From: Paraspadella gotoi
Lineage: Eukaryota > Animalia > Chaetognatha
DNA length: 64,000 nucleotides
NCBI GenBank assembly: GCA_051294375.1
Contig: CM119265.1
Coordinates: 16,498,005 to 16,562,004, forward strand
Direction: 5' to 3'
Shown here: positions 44,347 through 57,013 of the stretch, in pieces
Numbering within the stretch: the first letter of the stretch is position 1
Layout of the letters: every line of letters starts with the position of its first letter
The notes under the pieces: generated by a model
The model's input: the letters and a program-made list of their open reading frames with translations, nothing else
Told to the model about the DNA's origin: nothing
The model's database searches: none
Position numbers and translations under genes: made by a program

Positions 44347-45972
44347 TTAGTAACCACCTCCCAGATCATCGCAAACAGGAAACGAATAGGGAACCTTCAA
44401 AGACTTGGCTGAGGCTTTAGTGTTGTTGTTGTTGTCTGCGAAAGCTTCGTCGTCGTAACCTCCTCCAAGGTCTTCGGGGGCCCGAAACTCATTCGACACC
44501 TGATCTTCTAAATCATCATAGCCTCCGCCCCAATCAGGAACATCGTGTTCTGCGATCGCGGAATATTCGCCTTTTTCGTCCCAAAACCAGGGTAAAGGCG
44601 AACCGTAAAAGGCCAGGCTTCCAGCATCATGACCAAGTCGGTATGGGTTAAGGTAGCGCCCATCGTCATCACAACGCTTTTCACGCCGCCGAGTTGACTC
44701 CATTTTTTTCGACCGCTGTGGGGGACGCACTAAGACCGCCTCTTTGTTAAAATCGGGCGTTGGTCGCAATTCGACAACATCTCCGGCGTGTAGAGAAATC
44801 GGGTCCACAAAAACTTGCCTCAAGCGTTCGTGGTGTATCTTTTGGTCGACTTTAAAATCGAAATCTCTCACCTCGGCGAGCCAGCTTCCGAACTCAGTCA
44901 GAGAAATGGCTCGTTTGAACTGGGCGCTGATATCAGAGAGACCCTGCTTCAATGGTGCATAGTACATTTCTTCAGAAGAGACTCCGGGGACCCTGGCGCG
45001 AAGGCCCAATCGATCAACAAATAGAAAGGCGCTCAGCATGGCTCGTTTGCTGAGACGAGAAGCGTCCTCGGTATGAAAAACGCGCCCGTTCCGATTGTCC
45101 ACGACCTCAACGGCGTCGTCAAAAGAATTCCAATTGAGCGTGAAATCTGGCGCGAATTTCGGCGGGTCAATGGAAGAATTTTCCGGCGGAAAAATCTGGG
45201 TGTGTTCTATCTTGATGGGATGACCGAAGAAATCCTCGGGAAAAATGTGAGCTGAAACCGTCTCTGCTCTTTTGTTGACGCATAAATCGAGCCAGGATCT
45301 ATTGAAAATCGATCCAATGACCAACGAATCCAAGGGAATCTTAGACAACCATTTAGTCAAAAGCGTCCCTTGGAGTCCCTTAAACTTCCATGAAGTCAGC
45401 TTGTCAGTGCAGGACATGGATGTTAGACCGTGTAGGCCTTGATCAAATGCGTCAACGACGACAGTACCCATCGTACCTTCCGCTTTTGCGCTTAGGAGCG
45501 GTTCGTGCTCATCTCCCAGGGATTCGAAAATGCGACCAGCTCCGCAAGGAGGGGTGGAAATATAGAGGCGGAGAGAGACACCATCTTTTAACTCGTAGCC
45601 TCCAGCTTCTTTCGCCTCTTGGAGTAACCACGATTCACCACCGCCGGCCAACTTTGCAAGCTCGCCGTAAAGAAAGCGCAAAAAACCGCGCCGAACTAGA
45701 ACTTCGGCGTGACAATCGTGAAGGGAGCTCCCAGTTGTAGAGATTTCTCCAACGTAAGGACTCTTGGCGCCGGTAGCCCAAGAAATGACGCGCCCTTTGC
45801 TCAAATCCTCTTCCACCACGCCCACCAATCCGGCCAAAACTTTAATGCCGTCAAACTCGGATTTTAAAGGAGATTTCGATTTGGCAATTTCTAGCACCAC
45901 CTTCTGGGCCACGATATCTGAATCAGAGATGGCCTCCTTTCGTATGCAATCGGATAAGTCAGAATTATGCAT
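44347..45972 (-). CDS. ADAR-family adenosine deaminase domain without dsRNA-binding domains, single exon
   Basis: KVLAG, VISWATG, HDCHAE (Zn-binding His and catalytic Glu), LYISTPPCG, SMSCTDKL...GLQG.LL, NW...EVV...G and SRLSK. Confidence 0.85.
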   Translation of the reverse strand: MHNSDLSDCIRKEAISDSDIVAQKVVLEIAKSKSPLKSEFDGIKVLAGLVGVVEEDLSKGRVISWATGAKSPYVGEISTTGSSLHDCHAEVLVRRGFLRFLYGELAKLAGGGESWLLQEAKEAGGYELKDGVSLRLYISTPPCGAGRIFESLGDEHEPLLSAKAEGTMGTVVVDAFDQGLHGLTSMSCTDKLTSWKFKGLQGTLLTKWLSKIPLDSLVIGSIFNRSWLDLCVNKRAETVSAHIFPEDFFGHPIKIEHTQIFPPENSSIDPPKFAPDFTLNWNSFDDAVEVVDNRNGRVFHTEDASRLSKRAMLSAFLFVDRLGLRARVPGVSSEEMYYAPLKQGLSDISAQFKRAISLTEFGSWLAEVRDFDFKVDQKIHHERLRQVFVDPISLHAGDVVELRPTPDFNKEAVLVRPPQRSKKMESTRRREKRCDDDGRYLNPYRLGHDAGSLAFYGSPLPWFWDEKGEYSAIAEHDVPDWGGGYDDLEDQVSNEFRAPEDLGGGYDDEAFADNNNNTKASAKSLKVPYSFPVCDDLGGGY

Positions 45973-46141
45973 AATAATTTTGTTCTGCTGCCTAGACGTA
46001 AAATAAATTTAGACAACAAATTTTAAACTACGTACATTGAACATAAATAATACATGTATAAATCGACTAAAACTGAGATTCCAAAACAAAGACGACGAAT
46101 AGTATTTTTTTCCTAAGGGCTGGTTTTTCCAAACCAGAGAT

Positions 46142-48647
46142 TCACTGTGCGGTTCTAGGGGTAATAAGCCCCTTTTTTTCTAGATTAACGATCGACGAGG
46201 CGATGACCGCTGCGTTGCTTGTCTGGTACCCGCCAGAAGTCACCATAAATATGGGAATGGGGCCGATTCCGTTACGAGTTTGTCGACAGGCGGAAAAAAC
46301 TATCTCGTCTCTATCAATTACGCCATCTGAAAATGAATCGATTTTGTTTAAATTCTCCGTTTAAATTTGATAATTGCTAATACCTTCGATGTTTACCAGG
46401 GGTAATGGAGAGTCGTCCCAGCGAGTCGTTCGCGAGTACATCCGTACCGGCGTTATACAAAACAACATCCGGTCGAAACTCGGCCAGCGCCGCGCTTAGG
46501 TGTTTACGCACTTTTTCGAGGTAGGTTGTATCTCCAGCGTAGCTCATTAACTCCACGCAACGATTGATACCCTTCCTGAAAAACATTGTTCAAATCAAGG
46601 AAAAAAGTGTTGTTCGAGTGAGAGGGAAATGACTGACTTTGCCCGGCGGTCGAGAGGATAAATTTCCCTATTATAGACGTCTAAGGTGTAGACCCGATCG
46701 TCCTTCATGAAGTCACGCCCGTGCCCGTTTCCTTGATGAGCATCTAAAATCGGATATGAAGTTGAGTTGTATTGTATTGTATTGTATTTCGACTTGGTTA
46801 AAAATGAATTTTTGGCCAACCTAAATCGACAATCATGGCCTTAGAAACGGCGCCACTCTCCAGCAGCAGATGAAGCGCGAGAGTAATGTCGGCAAAGGCA
46901 CAGAAACCCATCCCGCGGTCGCGACTGCAGTGGTGGAAACCCCCGCCAATGTTGATGGCCCAGCCTCGGTCCATAGCCAGCTTGGCCGCCATCATAGTGC
47001 CCGCTAAAAAGAGCAACAACGCCATAGCATAATTCATAGCAATATTTTAAGAAAAACGTTTGATCTCACCGGTTTGAAATCGCAAGGGTCGAAGAAGTTT
47101 TTTCTTAATCGTCGACTTCAAAAGGATGGCAATCGGCGGCACTTCCGTGATCTGAGCAACGACGCACGGCGAATTTAGGCTGCGGACGTAACTGGACGTT
47201 TTTAAAACAAGAATACAACATGACGTTCTCTTTCCTCAACTAATCAAATAAGATAAGAATATATACATGGTGACAATTTTACAAGCGCCGGTAAAAAAAA
47301 GCTGCCATTTGCAAACCAGTGGTTATTTCATTGATTTTAAAAGTTAGTTGAGTAAAAAATACTAAAATCATTTGTGTTCAAATTTTATATTGATCAGTTA
47401 AGATATGCCTTGACAATGTGTGGAGAAAGTTGGCTTTTAAAATGGGGTTTTATTTTCAACTCACTGTTTTTAAATTGAATTTTTTTTTAAACTTTTAACA
47501 CTTTTTTAAACAAAGTATGAATTAAGATATTATCATTATAAATATCCTCTGAAAGCCCTTAAAAATGTGAAGAGAATGATATACTTACAAAAGCTCTAAC
47601 ATAAAATTAAGCTGCCCAGCCTCGGTTCAATTAAAAGAGTCAAATATTAAAGAGTTAAATATTTTTTAATATATGTCTTGTTTAAATTATTATAATATAA
47701 AATATTATTATTTATATAAGTATTATGAAAGAGCCTAAGAAAAAATGATTTAAGATAGCCTATCACAATTTAATAAAAATCTTAAATTTGCTCTCCAGCT
47801 ATTGATTTTTGGAAAGATGTCTCGTTTTTGACTATCCTAATTAAATTAAAGCTAGGCCGATTAAATTTTATACTACAGTATTCGTAAGTACATCATTCTC
47901 TTAAGATTTGCAAGGGCTTTCAGAAGATAATAATATTATTATTATTTTATGTAAAATTTCTTTAAAAAACTTACTGAAAGTAAAAGAAAAAAATACAATC
48001 TAAAACTGTGTTTAAAAATCCGAGACGATTTTCAAATCTATCTTCCAGCTATCATTGCTAAGGCATATCAAAGTCGAATCATATAAAATGTGTATACAAA
48101 AATAGTTTTGGTTTTTACTCATATTCATATTTAACATTGAAAAAATCTTCATGGGTTTGCAAATGGCAGCGTTTTTTTACCGGCGCTTGTAAAATTGTCA
48201 CCATGTATAAGCGGTTCAAAATCGAGGTTTCGTTTGAATGCTTGAATTCAATGTCGGGTAGGGTAATCACGGTTTACTATGTATTAACCGTTGTTACCTT
48301 TGAATGATGATCCAGTTGAAGTTTTTTACTTTACCGTTTCGTATGTACCCTTAGCAAGACTTCATCCTCGATTTCGACTGGTTGAAAGACGTTATCTTCA
48401 TCAAAATCCTTCAACTGCCCCTTCAGTAAAGCAAAAACTCTGTAAAATTAATTAGCGACGTTTATTTATGTCGTTACTTTAAACGCGTCCAGACTCATTT
48501 TGCTAACCTTCCCCATTTTTTCGTGTCGAAAGGATGGAAAGCGGTCATCCAATGATGAACGTCGTATTTAGGCGAAAACACGACCGGCCACGGTTTGGAC
48601 CAAGAATCGAATCGAAGCCATTCGATGTCGGTATCGCTGCAAGCCAT
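46142..48647 (-). CDS. HDAC11: Histone deacetylase 11
   Basis: WPVVFSPKY, HPFDTKKWG, GWAINIGGGFHHCS, GFCAFADI, DLDAHQGNGH, YNAGTDVL and MVTSGGYQ. Confidence 0.96.
47266..48205. mobile_element. Non-autonomous Tc1/mariner-type DNA transposon (MITE) in an HDAC11 intron
   Basis: Near-perfect ~52-bp TIRs (catggtgacaattttacaagcgccggtaaaaaaa..gctgccatttgcaaacc) flanked by TA on both sides, further internal inverted blocks, and no ORF. Confidence 0.9.
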
Positions 48648-48903
48648 AATGTCTCTTTTTCTCTCAACATGTATTTACTATCGAATTTAGTCAGCCATTT
48701 GAAATGACAAGAATTTGATAGGAGGGGGGATGCAAACTGAAAGCGATATGCGGAGATTGGGAATAAATCTCTCGCCAAAGAGTGTTAAGATTAAAAAAAA
48801 ACATTTTCTTTTTTATTCGGTAAATTAGCGTAAATAATAATCTACAATATTTTATTAAAAAGTCGTAAAGGTAAAACAAAAAGCTAAATAAATGGCTTGG
48901 GGC

Positions 48904-51900
48904 TCATTGACCAGTCTTCTCACATCTTCGGTAAAGATAAAGGTATCCCAATTCAGTCGGGGGATTTTCGGAGAGGGCCACTTTCTCGTCGTTGAAGATG
49001 TACCATTGACCGTCCTTCTTGATGTGAGCGACGTAATGACCCACGAGGTGCGAGGTTCCCATGTGAGAGATAATGGCAGAGAGTTCGTACTTGCCGTCTC
49101 CGTCGGTGTAAGTAATATCCGAGCCCGAGGAAGCTGATGGAGATAAAAATATTACTGTTTTATCAAAGCTTATTCACTAGAGTGGAGCACTCATGAACAA
49201 AAAATTTATTTGAATGATCGAACAATGATATTTAGATGTGAGATAGTATGATTAACTAGTACAAAAAATATTTTGTTCATATTATCTCGGGAACAGAATA
49301 GTAAAATATAATATATTTGTAGTAATATCCTTATAAAATAGTAAATTTTAAAAATAATTTTTATAAAACTTTTATTAGAAATTCAGATTCTTTATAAAAA
49401 GTTGAATCAAAAATATAAAACATGTTTTCAAAAATTCTATCATCTTCAATGTTTAAAATAAGAAAAAAGGTGAAAATTCCTAACTTTTTTATTCTCTGTA
49501 GTAGAAACTAATATATGTTAAACCGTTTTAATCATTTTTTGTGATCTAAACATTAAAATATCATATAACATATTTTATAAAAGTTTCTTAGTTTTTTACA
49601 GCGAATCCAAATCAGTTCTTAAAAATAAAAAAAAATTATTTTGAAATTTGACGATTTTATAAGGATATTACTACATAAATAATTGAATTTGCTATACTGT
49701 TATGCTAAAAAAAATTTTAAAAGGATTTAAAATTCATTAATTATATGTCCATAGGCAGCAAAAAAATAATGTTCAATCACTCAATCTTTTCATCACTCCA
49801 CCCTATTATTCACACTATGTCCAGACTTACGCTGAGCGGCAGACTCGGCGGGAGACTGGGGTTCGACGATGTCGTCCGGATGTGAAAATATCCACTCCAT
49901 GGCACGCTCGAGGTTGTTTGACGTTGCCTACATTAAAGGTCCCAAAAATAAATCTAGTAATTGTTTCAAAGCAAGAAAAACATCGATAGGCGATCATAAA
50001 CGTTAGAACCAAGATTTCTAAAAATTTTCGTAAGCAAAAAAAACAGAATTAAGATAAAGAATCACATGAGAAAAGTAATCTTTGTTCACCATTAAAGCTT
50101 TCTTTGCTTGGTCGATTGTAAATCCCATAGAGACGATCATTCCGAGATTTTCTTCGTTCACAACCTCTTCGAGTGCCGCTTCCTTCTTTATGGGTTGCGC
50201 GAAATCGGGATCGCTCATATGTTCCATCACCCAATTCATGGCTGCCTCAATCCCTGATTCACGACAAATGAATCAAAAGTAGCTAATAGCCATATAAGTA
50301 TTTTTGTTTTGTTAGTTTATGTCGGCAAACACGGATATCATTTCAAAATATTTTCTAATAAACGTACGTAGTAAATCAGTCGCTTTCCAGGAGCAAGATA
50401 CGCAAGCCCACAAATAAGCAACCAGATTAGTTATAATCACCTTGACCGCTGGTGTTCATCACAGCTTTTCTGCACCCGTTAATGTCGAATCCCATTTCTG
50501 CTAATTGCATGACGAGACTCTCGTCGATAACTGGATCGGCGGTCGATGGCTTTGCTGACGATTCGGGCGTGACTTCGGGCAACTCCTCCTCTCCTGTCGA
50601 AACAAAATCAAGAAAAATACGCGTATCTTTTTTAAAAAGAAAGGTCAATTTTTCTGTTTCCGAGTTTTATTGATAATCTGACCAACCAGGCTGAATGTTG
50701 TGACCACGAATGCAGGTGAGATCAATCTTGTCCGGCATTATGACGGCGACGTCCAACTTTTGCGGAACCCAATCGTCTCCGATCGTGAATTTTTTCAACT
50801 AAAATTTAACAAAAAATAAGCTTTACGTTTTTTGAATCAAATTTTATTATCGACATTTTTTTTTTACTTGGACGAAGAGGTAAGTGGGAAAAGAAGCCAA
50901 ACGCGTGGTCTTTGTTGCCGTCGTCGTCCCTTTTATGGCGCTACTGTAGAAATCTTCTATTATCTCTGGCTCGGCAAAACATTTGAGGCACTCTAAAAAC
51001 CAAAACCGCCAAGAAGAAAAAAAAATTCAGTCTCAAAATACTGCTTGTCAAAATGTAAAAAATCTTGGAACAGAGGCTCGCCTTCAAAAGGTATTCTCGG
51101 TCTGACGAGAGGCAAATCCGCAGCGAGGACCTTGGCGCCGGTGGCTTCTATTTCGCTCTTTTTGTCGTTATACTTTGCGACTTCTTCCATGTTGACGGCT
51201 GCTTCTCGGGGAATTTGAAGAGGCAACAGGTAGTCGGGACGGTGGCTGTACTTGACTTTCTTGCTGGAATTGCACTCGATTCTCTCCTCTACTTTGAACT
51301 TAAAGTTAAGAAAAGTTTAGAAAAGCAAAGGGAGAACTGGCGAATGGGTCGACGAATAGCACCTTAAAGGCGTCGCATGGATTGGTCCCGTTCCGAGAGT
51401 TCTTTCCAATCGCGTCGACGACGTGAAGGAAAAACTCTTGGGCGTCCTGTTGTCGCTTGGTGGCGAACTCTGTGTGGCCTTTCCCGATCAGCGAACGGAA
51501 CATCCATGGGCGAATGCCTCCTGTTTTAATAACGTCGTCGTCCCGGGTGTCGGGAAAGGAATATTCGCCGGACAAGAGACCTTCAAAAAAAATCAGGACA
51601 AATGGAAAGATCAGGAACATGAAAAAGGAGGAAATAATTTACTCATCCTACCTTTCGCCAGCTTTGCCATCTGAACGGTAAAATCCTCCGTGGGATCCGC
51701 TCCCGAGCACTCTTGAAAAATGGATTCGGCGGGAGAATAAAATCTTTTTTGCAAGTCTGGGATGGTGAAGAGCACTTGCATGACCGAATTCATGTAGCAG
51801 GAGTTGCCCAAGTTATGGATTCCGGTGAAGCCGGGCCCGTATTTCGGGGTGAGCTTGGAGCCGCTTTCCTGAATCGTCTCGTACTCCATCTTTTGATTGA

Positions 51901-53452
51901 GATCGATCTCCAGCTCGATCATAGTCTTCTCCGTCTTGGTCATCATGGCCACGTTGATGCCCCAGTGGGCGAGGTGATGGGGAAGATTAGGATCGAGCAC
52001 CATGTCGTCCTCGTCGTAGGAAAACACGTCGGCCCCGTCGGGTGTGATGGTACCCAACTTAACGGCGAGAGGAAATTTCGTAACCTGGTAATGGTCGACG
52101 GCGTGATTATTTCCACCGGAGCCGTCGAAAAATCGGCGCCCGCAGAGAATCGCGCCGTCGGATAGATTGAGCCAAAGATTGGAGGTGAGATCGCATTTGT
52201 CGCACTTCCATCCTGCCAAAAAAAAAAAATGATGACAATACTTAAGAATTGGAAAAGGTAATGGACTTCGCTTCACTAACCCGACGGAGGAATCTTTTTC
52301 CCCGTGTTTAACTGCACGAGTTTGTCGGCGTGCTTGGAAACGACTCGCATCTCCCCGTCCCAAGTGCTGGAGAGAAGCGTTGCCTCCAACTGTTTCCAAG
52401 CGTCATCGGCCGACATTACCGCCGCTATAGACATCTAAATAGAATGAATCACATTTTATGTACAATAAACTAGCTATCAACAGAGTATAACTACTTGGAA
52501 ATTTCGTATTTAAAAATGTTCATAACTCTGATAATACTTCATTAATTTAGTTCATATTTGGTATTAAAGTGAGGCACCATAAGACAATGGTGCAGATGAA
52601 TCATACTTATAAAGACTTTAAAATGATTACATAACCTAAAATTCAATGCAGCTTAAACTCTTTTGTTATTTTTTTCTAACCTCGAACCTTAGTGACTGCT
52701 TTTGTTTTTAAAGAAATCATAAACTTAATAAAGAATAAAAGACGGAATTCCGATGCAGCATGTACTTGTACGCTTGGGTGTCATGTGATCACCCGGAAAT
52801 ACATGTGAAAGTCAATGCGGAGCAACACACATATTGGAATTACCATTCTTGTTTTATATATATAAAGATTTAAAAAAAATTATTACGGTTGAGAATAAGT
52901 TTTGCTCAAACTTGAAATCCCTCACTTAAGACTTAACAAACGTAGTCAGCAATTATCACTTTTCCTCACCTACCTGAACGATTTCTGGCAGGTCTGGATT
53001 TGGGAGACTGATTACGTCCCAATCGGGTAAAACGACCAACGAAGTTTTCTCTTCAATCTCAAACTCCTGAGCGTCGCCGCTAAATCCTCCCTCACATCCG
53101 ATGGCCAAGCGAGTCGGTGTCTTCTTGCTCGGTGGCTCTTTTTCTTCCGGTAGTTTCCTGTTTTATAAAAATTTCAAATCATTAATAATAAATCCTTGCT
53201 ACATTTTACATGGTGATCCAACCTCTTTATCCTTCTATAATGGAGGAAGACAGCGTTTCCGGTTTTGCGATAGTGCGTCTCCACGTGGCTCTTCCCGAAG
53301 CCGAGAAAAGTATTGAGACAGATGTAAAGTCCGTCCTGTGACTCGGGGTTGTCGAAAGAGTACGTGCATTCGTCCTTGTGAACTTTCACGCCGGCCAGCG
53401 GAGCCTTGATGCGCGAGAAATGTTCACGCAGCAGATTGTTAACAGAAGACAT
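48904..53452 (-). CDS. USP5: Ubiquitin carboxyl-terminal hydrolase 5 (isopeptidase T; USP5/USP13)
   Basis: [15 protein letters not shown], ZnF-UBP ([28 protein letters not shown]), Cys box [18 protein letters not shown], two UBA MGF motifs and His box [13 protein letters not shown]. Confidence 0.96.
49178..49805. mobile_element. MITE-like DNA transposon, family B, in a USP5 intron
   Basis: Ends tagagtggag / ctccacccta, with the internal inverted block tagtaatatccttataaaat. Homologous to both arms of 8101-9869. Confidence 0.8.
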
Positions 53453-53566
53453 TTTTATAAAATTATTGGAGTCGTTATCACAATGTATAAAACTAAACGA
53501 TTCAAATGCAAAAGCAATTGTTTTTGGTTGTAAAATAAAATATATAAATAAATGATCTTCAAGACA

Positions 53567-54825
53567 TCAGCAACAAGGATAGGGTCGATTAAATTCCGCA
53601 GTTGCCTCGGCGAATTTGTTCCTGACCATAAAGGTAGCGACTGATTCCGCCACTTTGTCGGGGATGTCCTCGTGGATGACGTGCCCACTTTGGGCCAGCA
53701 CCTGCATTTGAAATTTGCCTTGCATCTGGGCGATGGTCAAATCTCGATCCAATCGGTCCACCCCGGCGAGCAAGAGTAATTTCGGAACGGAGCAACCTAG
53801 AAAAAGTTGGGTCATCCCTTCGAACCAACCCTTCCAAAAACGTTCCGTCTTCGTCAAATCGATTCGCCAAGTGTAGCCATTATCTCCTAAACTGGGGGTA
53901 GATGACGCGACTGTATATTCGTCGCTCGAGGGACTCTCCTCCATATCATCCTCAATTTCTTCCGAAAGAGAATGGGCTGAATTCCAAGAGGAGCCGCCCA
54001 TTCCTTTTGACGCAGAATTTTCTTGGAGTTCGTGAGTCGCGGTTCTCCCGTCTAATTTTTTAAGCTGACCTGAATTGAGAGAAGAAAGAAGAAAGGGGGG
54101 TTTAAAACATCTTAACAGTAATTTTTTAACCTGAAAAAATTCTTACCAATCATCGACACTTTCGCCGATTCCAAGTTCCTGATGTGCCCGGTCTTTACGG
54201 CCCATTCAATCGCCTTTTCCAGAGAATGAAACCTAGAGGGTCTTCCCCTGAGGATGCTCTGCATGCCTGTGAGCGACTCAAGGGCCGTGCCCTCAACGAC
54301 GTCTATGACAACCAAACCGATCAATGACGAAAGACTCTGTCGATTGCCAAGATGAACTGCGATGGCGCCCCCCATGCTGTGACCCATCAGCACGATGGGA
54401 GGCGGATTATCTCCGTAGAGCTGACGAACCACTTGGCCGACGTCTTGGCACATGGTGTCGCTGGAGAGATCGTAGTCGTCTTCTGACTTGGAGTCGCCGT
54501 GACCGCGTAAGTCAATTGCGGCGCAACGGCAGTTGATTAGCTTGGTAACGACGCCCGAGAAGCAGGCCCACGTGAGGGCGCTAAAGCCGCCGCCGTGAAG
54601 CAGCAGAATGACGGGCCCTTCGACCCCGAGCGTGTAAACGCGAAATGTGGTTTTGGAATCGACTTCGACGTCGTGGAATTCCGAAAAATACCGATCCCAG
54701 GAGACGGGAGAAAAGTCAACTGGCACGCCGAAATTTCTTTTGTGGGAAAAATTAGTCGGGTTTTTTTTGGGAGGTCGGGGGGGCAACCCGCCACCGCGAG
54801 ACAGTCGCTCAAAAGGAGACGCCAT
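53567..54825 (-). CDS. PPME1: Protein phosphatase methylesterase 1
   Basis: LHGGGFSALTW, GHSMGG, IDVVEGTA, YTWRIDL and KLLLLAGVDRLDRDLTIAQMQGKFQ; two exons. Confidence 0.97.
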
Positions 54826-54899
54826 TGTTTTCAAAAATATCTTTTCCTAACTGCCCTGCTTAAAATGTAAACTACGAATTTTAGGGATTAAAATTATCT

Positions 54900-56650
54900 T
54901 TAGGACAATGAAAATATTCTGTCGATCTTCTGATTTAATTCAAAGTAATGAGGAATTCGAGTCACAAGTTTGGGATCCAGATCGATAATCTTAACGTTCC
55001 AGGCGTCGGAGTTGAGGCTCAAAATGACGGAACAATCCCTCGCGCAAACGGAAAACAAGAAGTCTCGAAGTTCTGCTTCTTCCGAATCATCTTCCAACAT
55101 AACGGACCATGATAAAATTTTTTTTTGGAATTGATTGACCCAATTGGTTCGCGAAGACAACCTGCTGAAGATTTGATAGGCTCGCTCCACTCCGACGAGA
55201 CTTTTGGTCTGAGCTTTAAAAACCAGACCTAAAAAATCATTTCCTTCCTCGGCAGCGTCGATGGATACACCACGACGAAACGCTTCGCTGTTTGCGCAAA
55301 AACGATATTTACCCTCTCCGTTCCGAGGACGACTTTTGACAATCTAAGAAATTAAAGAGGGAGAAAAATATATGCTTGAGAAAGTAAAAAAAAAAAAAAA
55401 GAAATGGCTTCTTAAATGAGACTTACGTATATATATATATATCATTACGCTGAGATCAACGCCGTATAAAAACAACGAGAACAATCTATTAGCCCAACAA
55501 TGACCTGAGCAAGGTTCTCTACAAGAGCATGTCGATCCAGAATCCCGTCAATAAGTTGGAGTTTAGAATCGAGATTCTCTAAGGAGATATTTTCGTCGTA
55601 GATTACTTTTCCATCCACGAAGACACGAAGGTTATTCTGAGGATCATCAAAGAGCGCCTCGATTGCGAACCGAACGGCCGTTTCGTCACCGCTGAACAGA
55701 TCTGACGGACAGTAGCGAGACAAGCTCACAATTTTTCCTTCGCGCAATTTGAGACGCTGATGCTTGCAATGTCGGCAAAACTCTCCTGAGGAAGTCGATC
55801 TATATAAAATATTGTTTTGAAACATTGCAACAAAAATGCAGCCATTTCTCTTTAAGGGTAAAGAAAGTAAACTAACGATGAAACGAATCCATATTTAGGC
55901 TTTATTTCCACGCTCAAGGTCTTCGACGCTTCTCCAATTCGACAAGCGTCTTCCATCTATAAAAAAAATTTTCAAACGGAGTTTTTAAACCTGGTTGAAA
56001 AATGCAAATCGTAAGGTAAGAGATGATGATTTAATATGATCTTAAATGAGATTGAATCTCTCAATCTCATTTACACATTGCAGTATTAAATCTAAATGTG
56101 TCTAATTTTATTTTTGATTTTGATATTAGTTCTTTTTCATGGTTTTCTAGTAGCTAAATATAATCTTTAGCAATGTTAATGATTAACACGAGTCATAGTA
56201 ATATTTTAACTAATTAATTAATAATAATACTTTAACATTTTATTACTTAAAGATTTAACTTTTGTTAACCAATTACCATATATAACTTTGCACTTCACCT
56301 ACGATTAGACCGAAGCGATCTTGGGAATCGATGAATTTATGCCTTCGTTGAGATGGTCGAAGACTTTCGATCTTTTCCCGCACTCGCGACACGAAGGATT
56401 CTTCCAAGGGTCCGATCATCTCCGTATTGCAAAGGAGACTCTCGCCAAAATACGGCCTCATCACGTGATTCAAATATGTCAATTGGTCGCTCAGCGGATG
56501 AGATGAGGCAGAACTTGCAAATTCTCCTCTCTGTTTTACTTTAATGAGTTTTAAGACATATGGACGATGCTTAAACCCAAGACAAATGGAAGAATTTCCC
56601 TCTGCCCGATATTCCAATTCCTCTTCTTGAAGAAATTCAACACTTTTCAT
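54900..56650 (-). CDS. IPPK: Inositol-pentakisphosphate 2-kinase
   Basis: YRAEGNSS, SVEIKPKYGF, CRHCKHQ, YCPSDLFSG, PQNNLRVF, ARDCSVI and IIDLDPK. Confidence 0.93.
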
Positions 56651-57013
56651 CTGCAGCATTAGAAAAACACAACTAAGGGAAATACTGTATAAAATCTGCT
56701 TCAAAATTAACAACAGCATACTAACTGCGGAAAAATAATAGATAGATTGTGGAGAAACGATGTGGAGAAAAGATGCATAAAATTTGCCAAAAAAGTTTGT
56801 GATGCATTGAAATCACACTTAAAAACTACATACTTTTATAATTGTAATAAGAATTAAAAAGAGAAGAATTTTACAAATTTTAACATTTATCTAATATAAT
56901 TTATTTACTTTCCATTTATAAAAACATAAAAATAACACATTTTAGGCCAAAGATATCACTTCAAAAATATCAAACTTAGCTACTAGTTTCCGCTTATGAT
57001 TGACGAAATTGCT

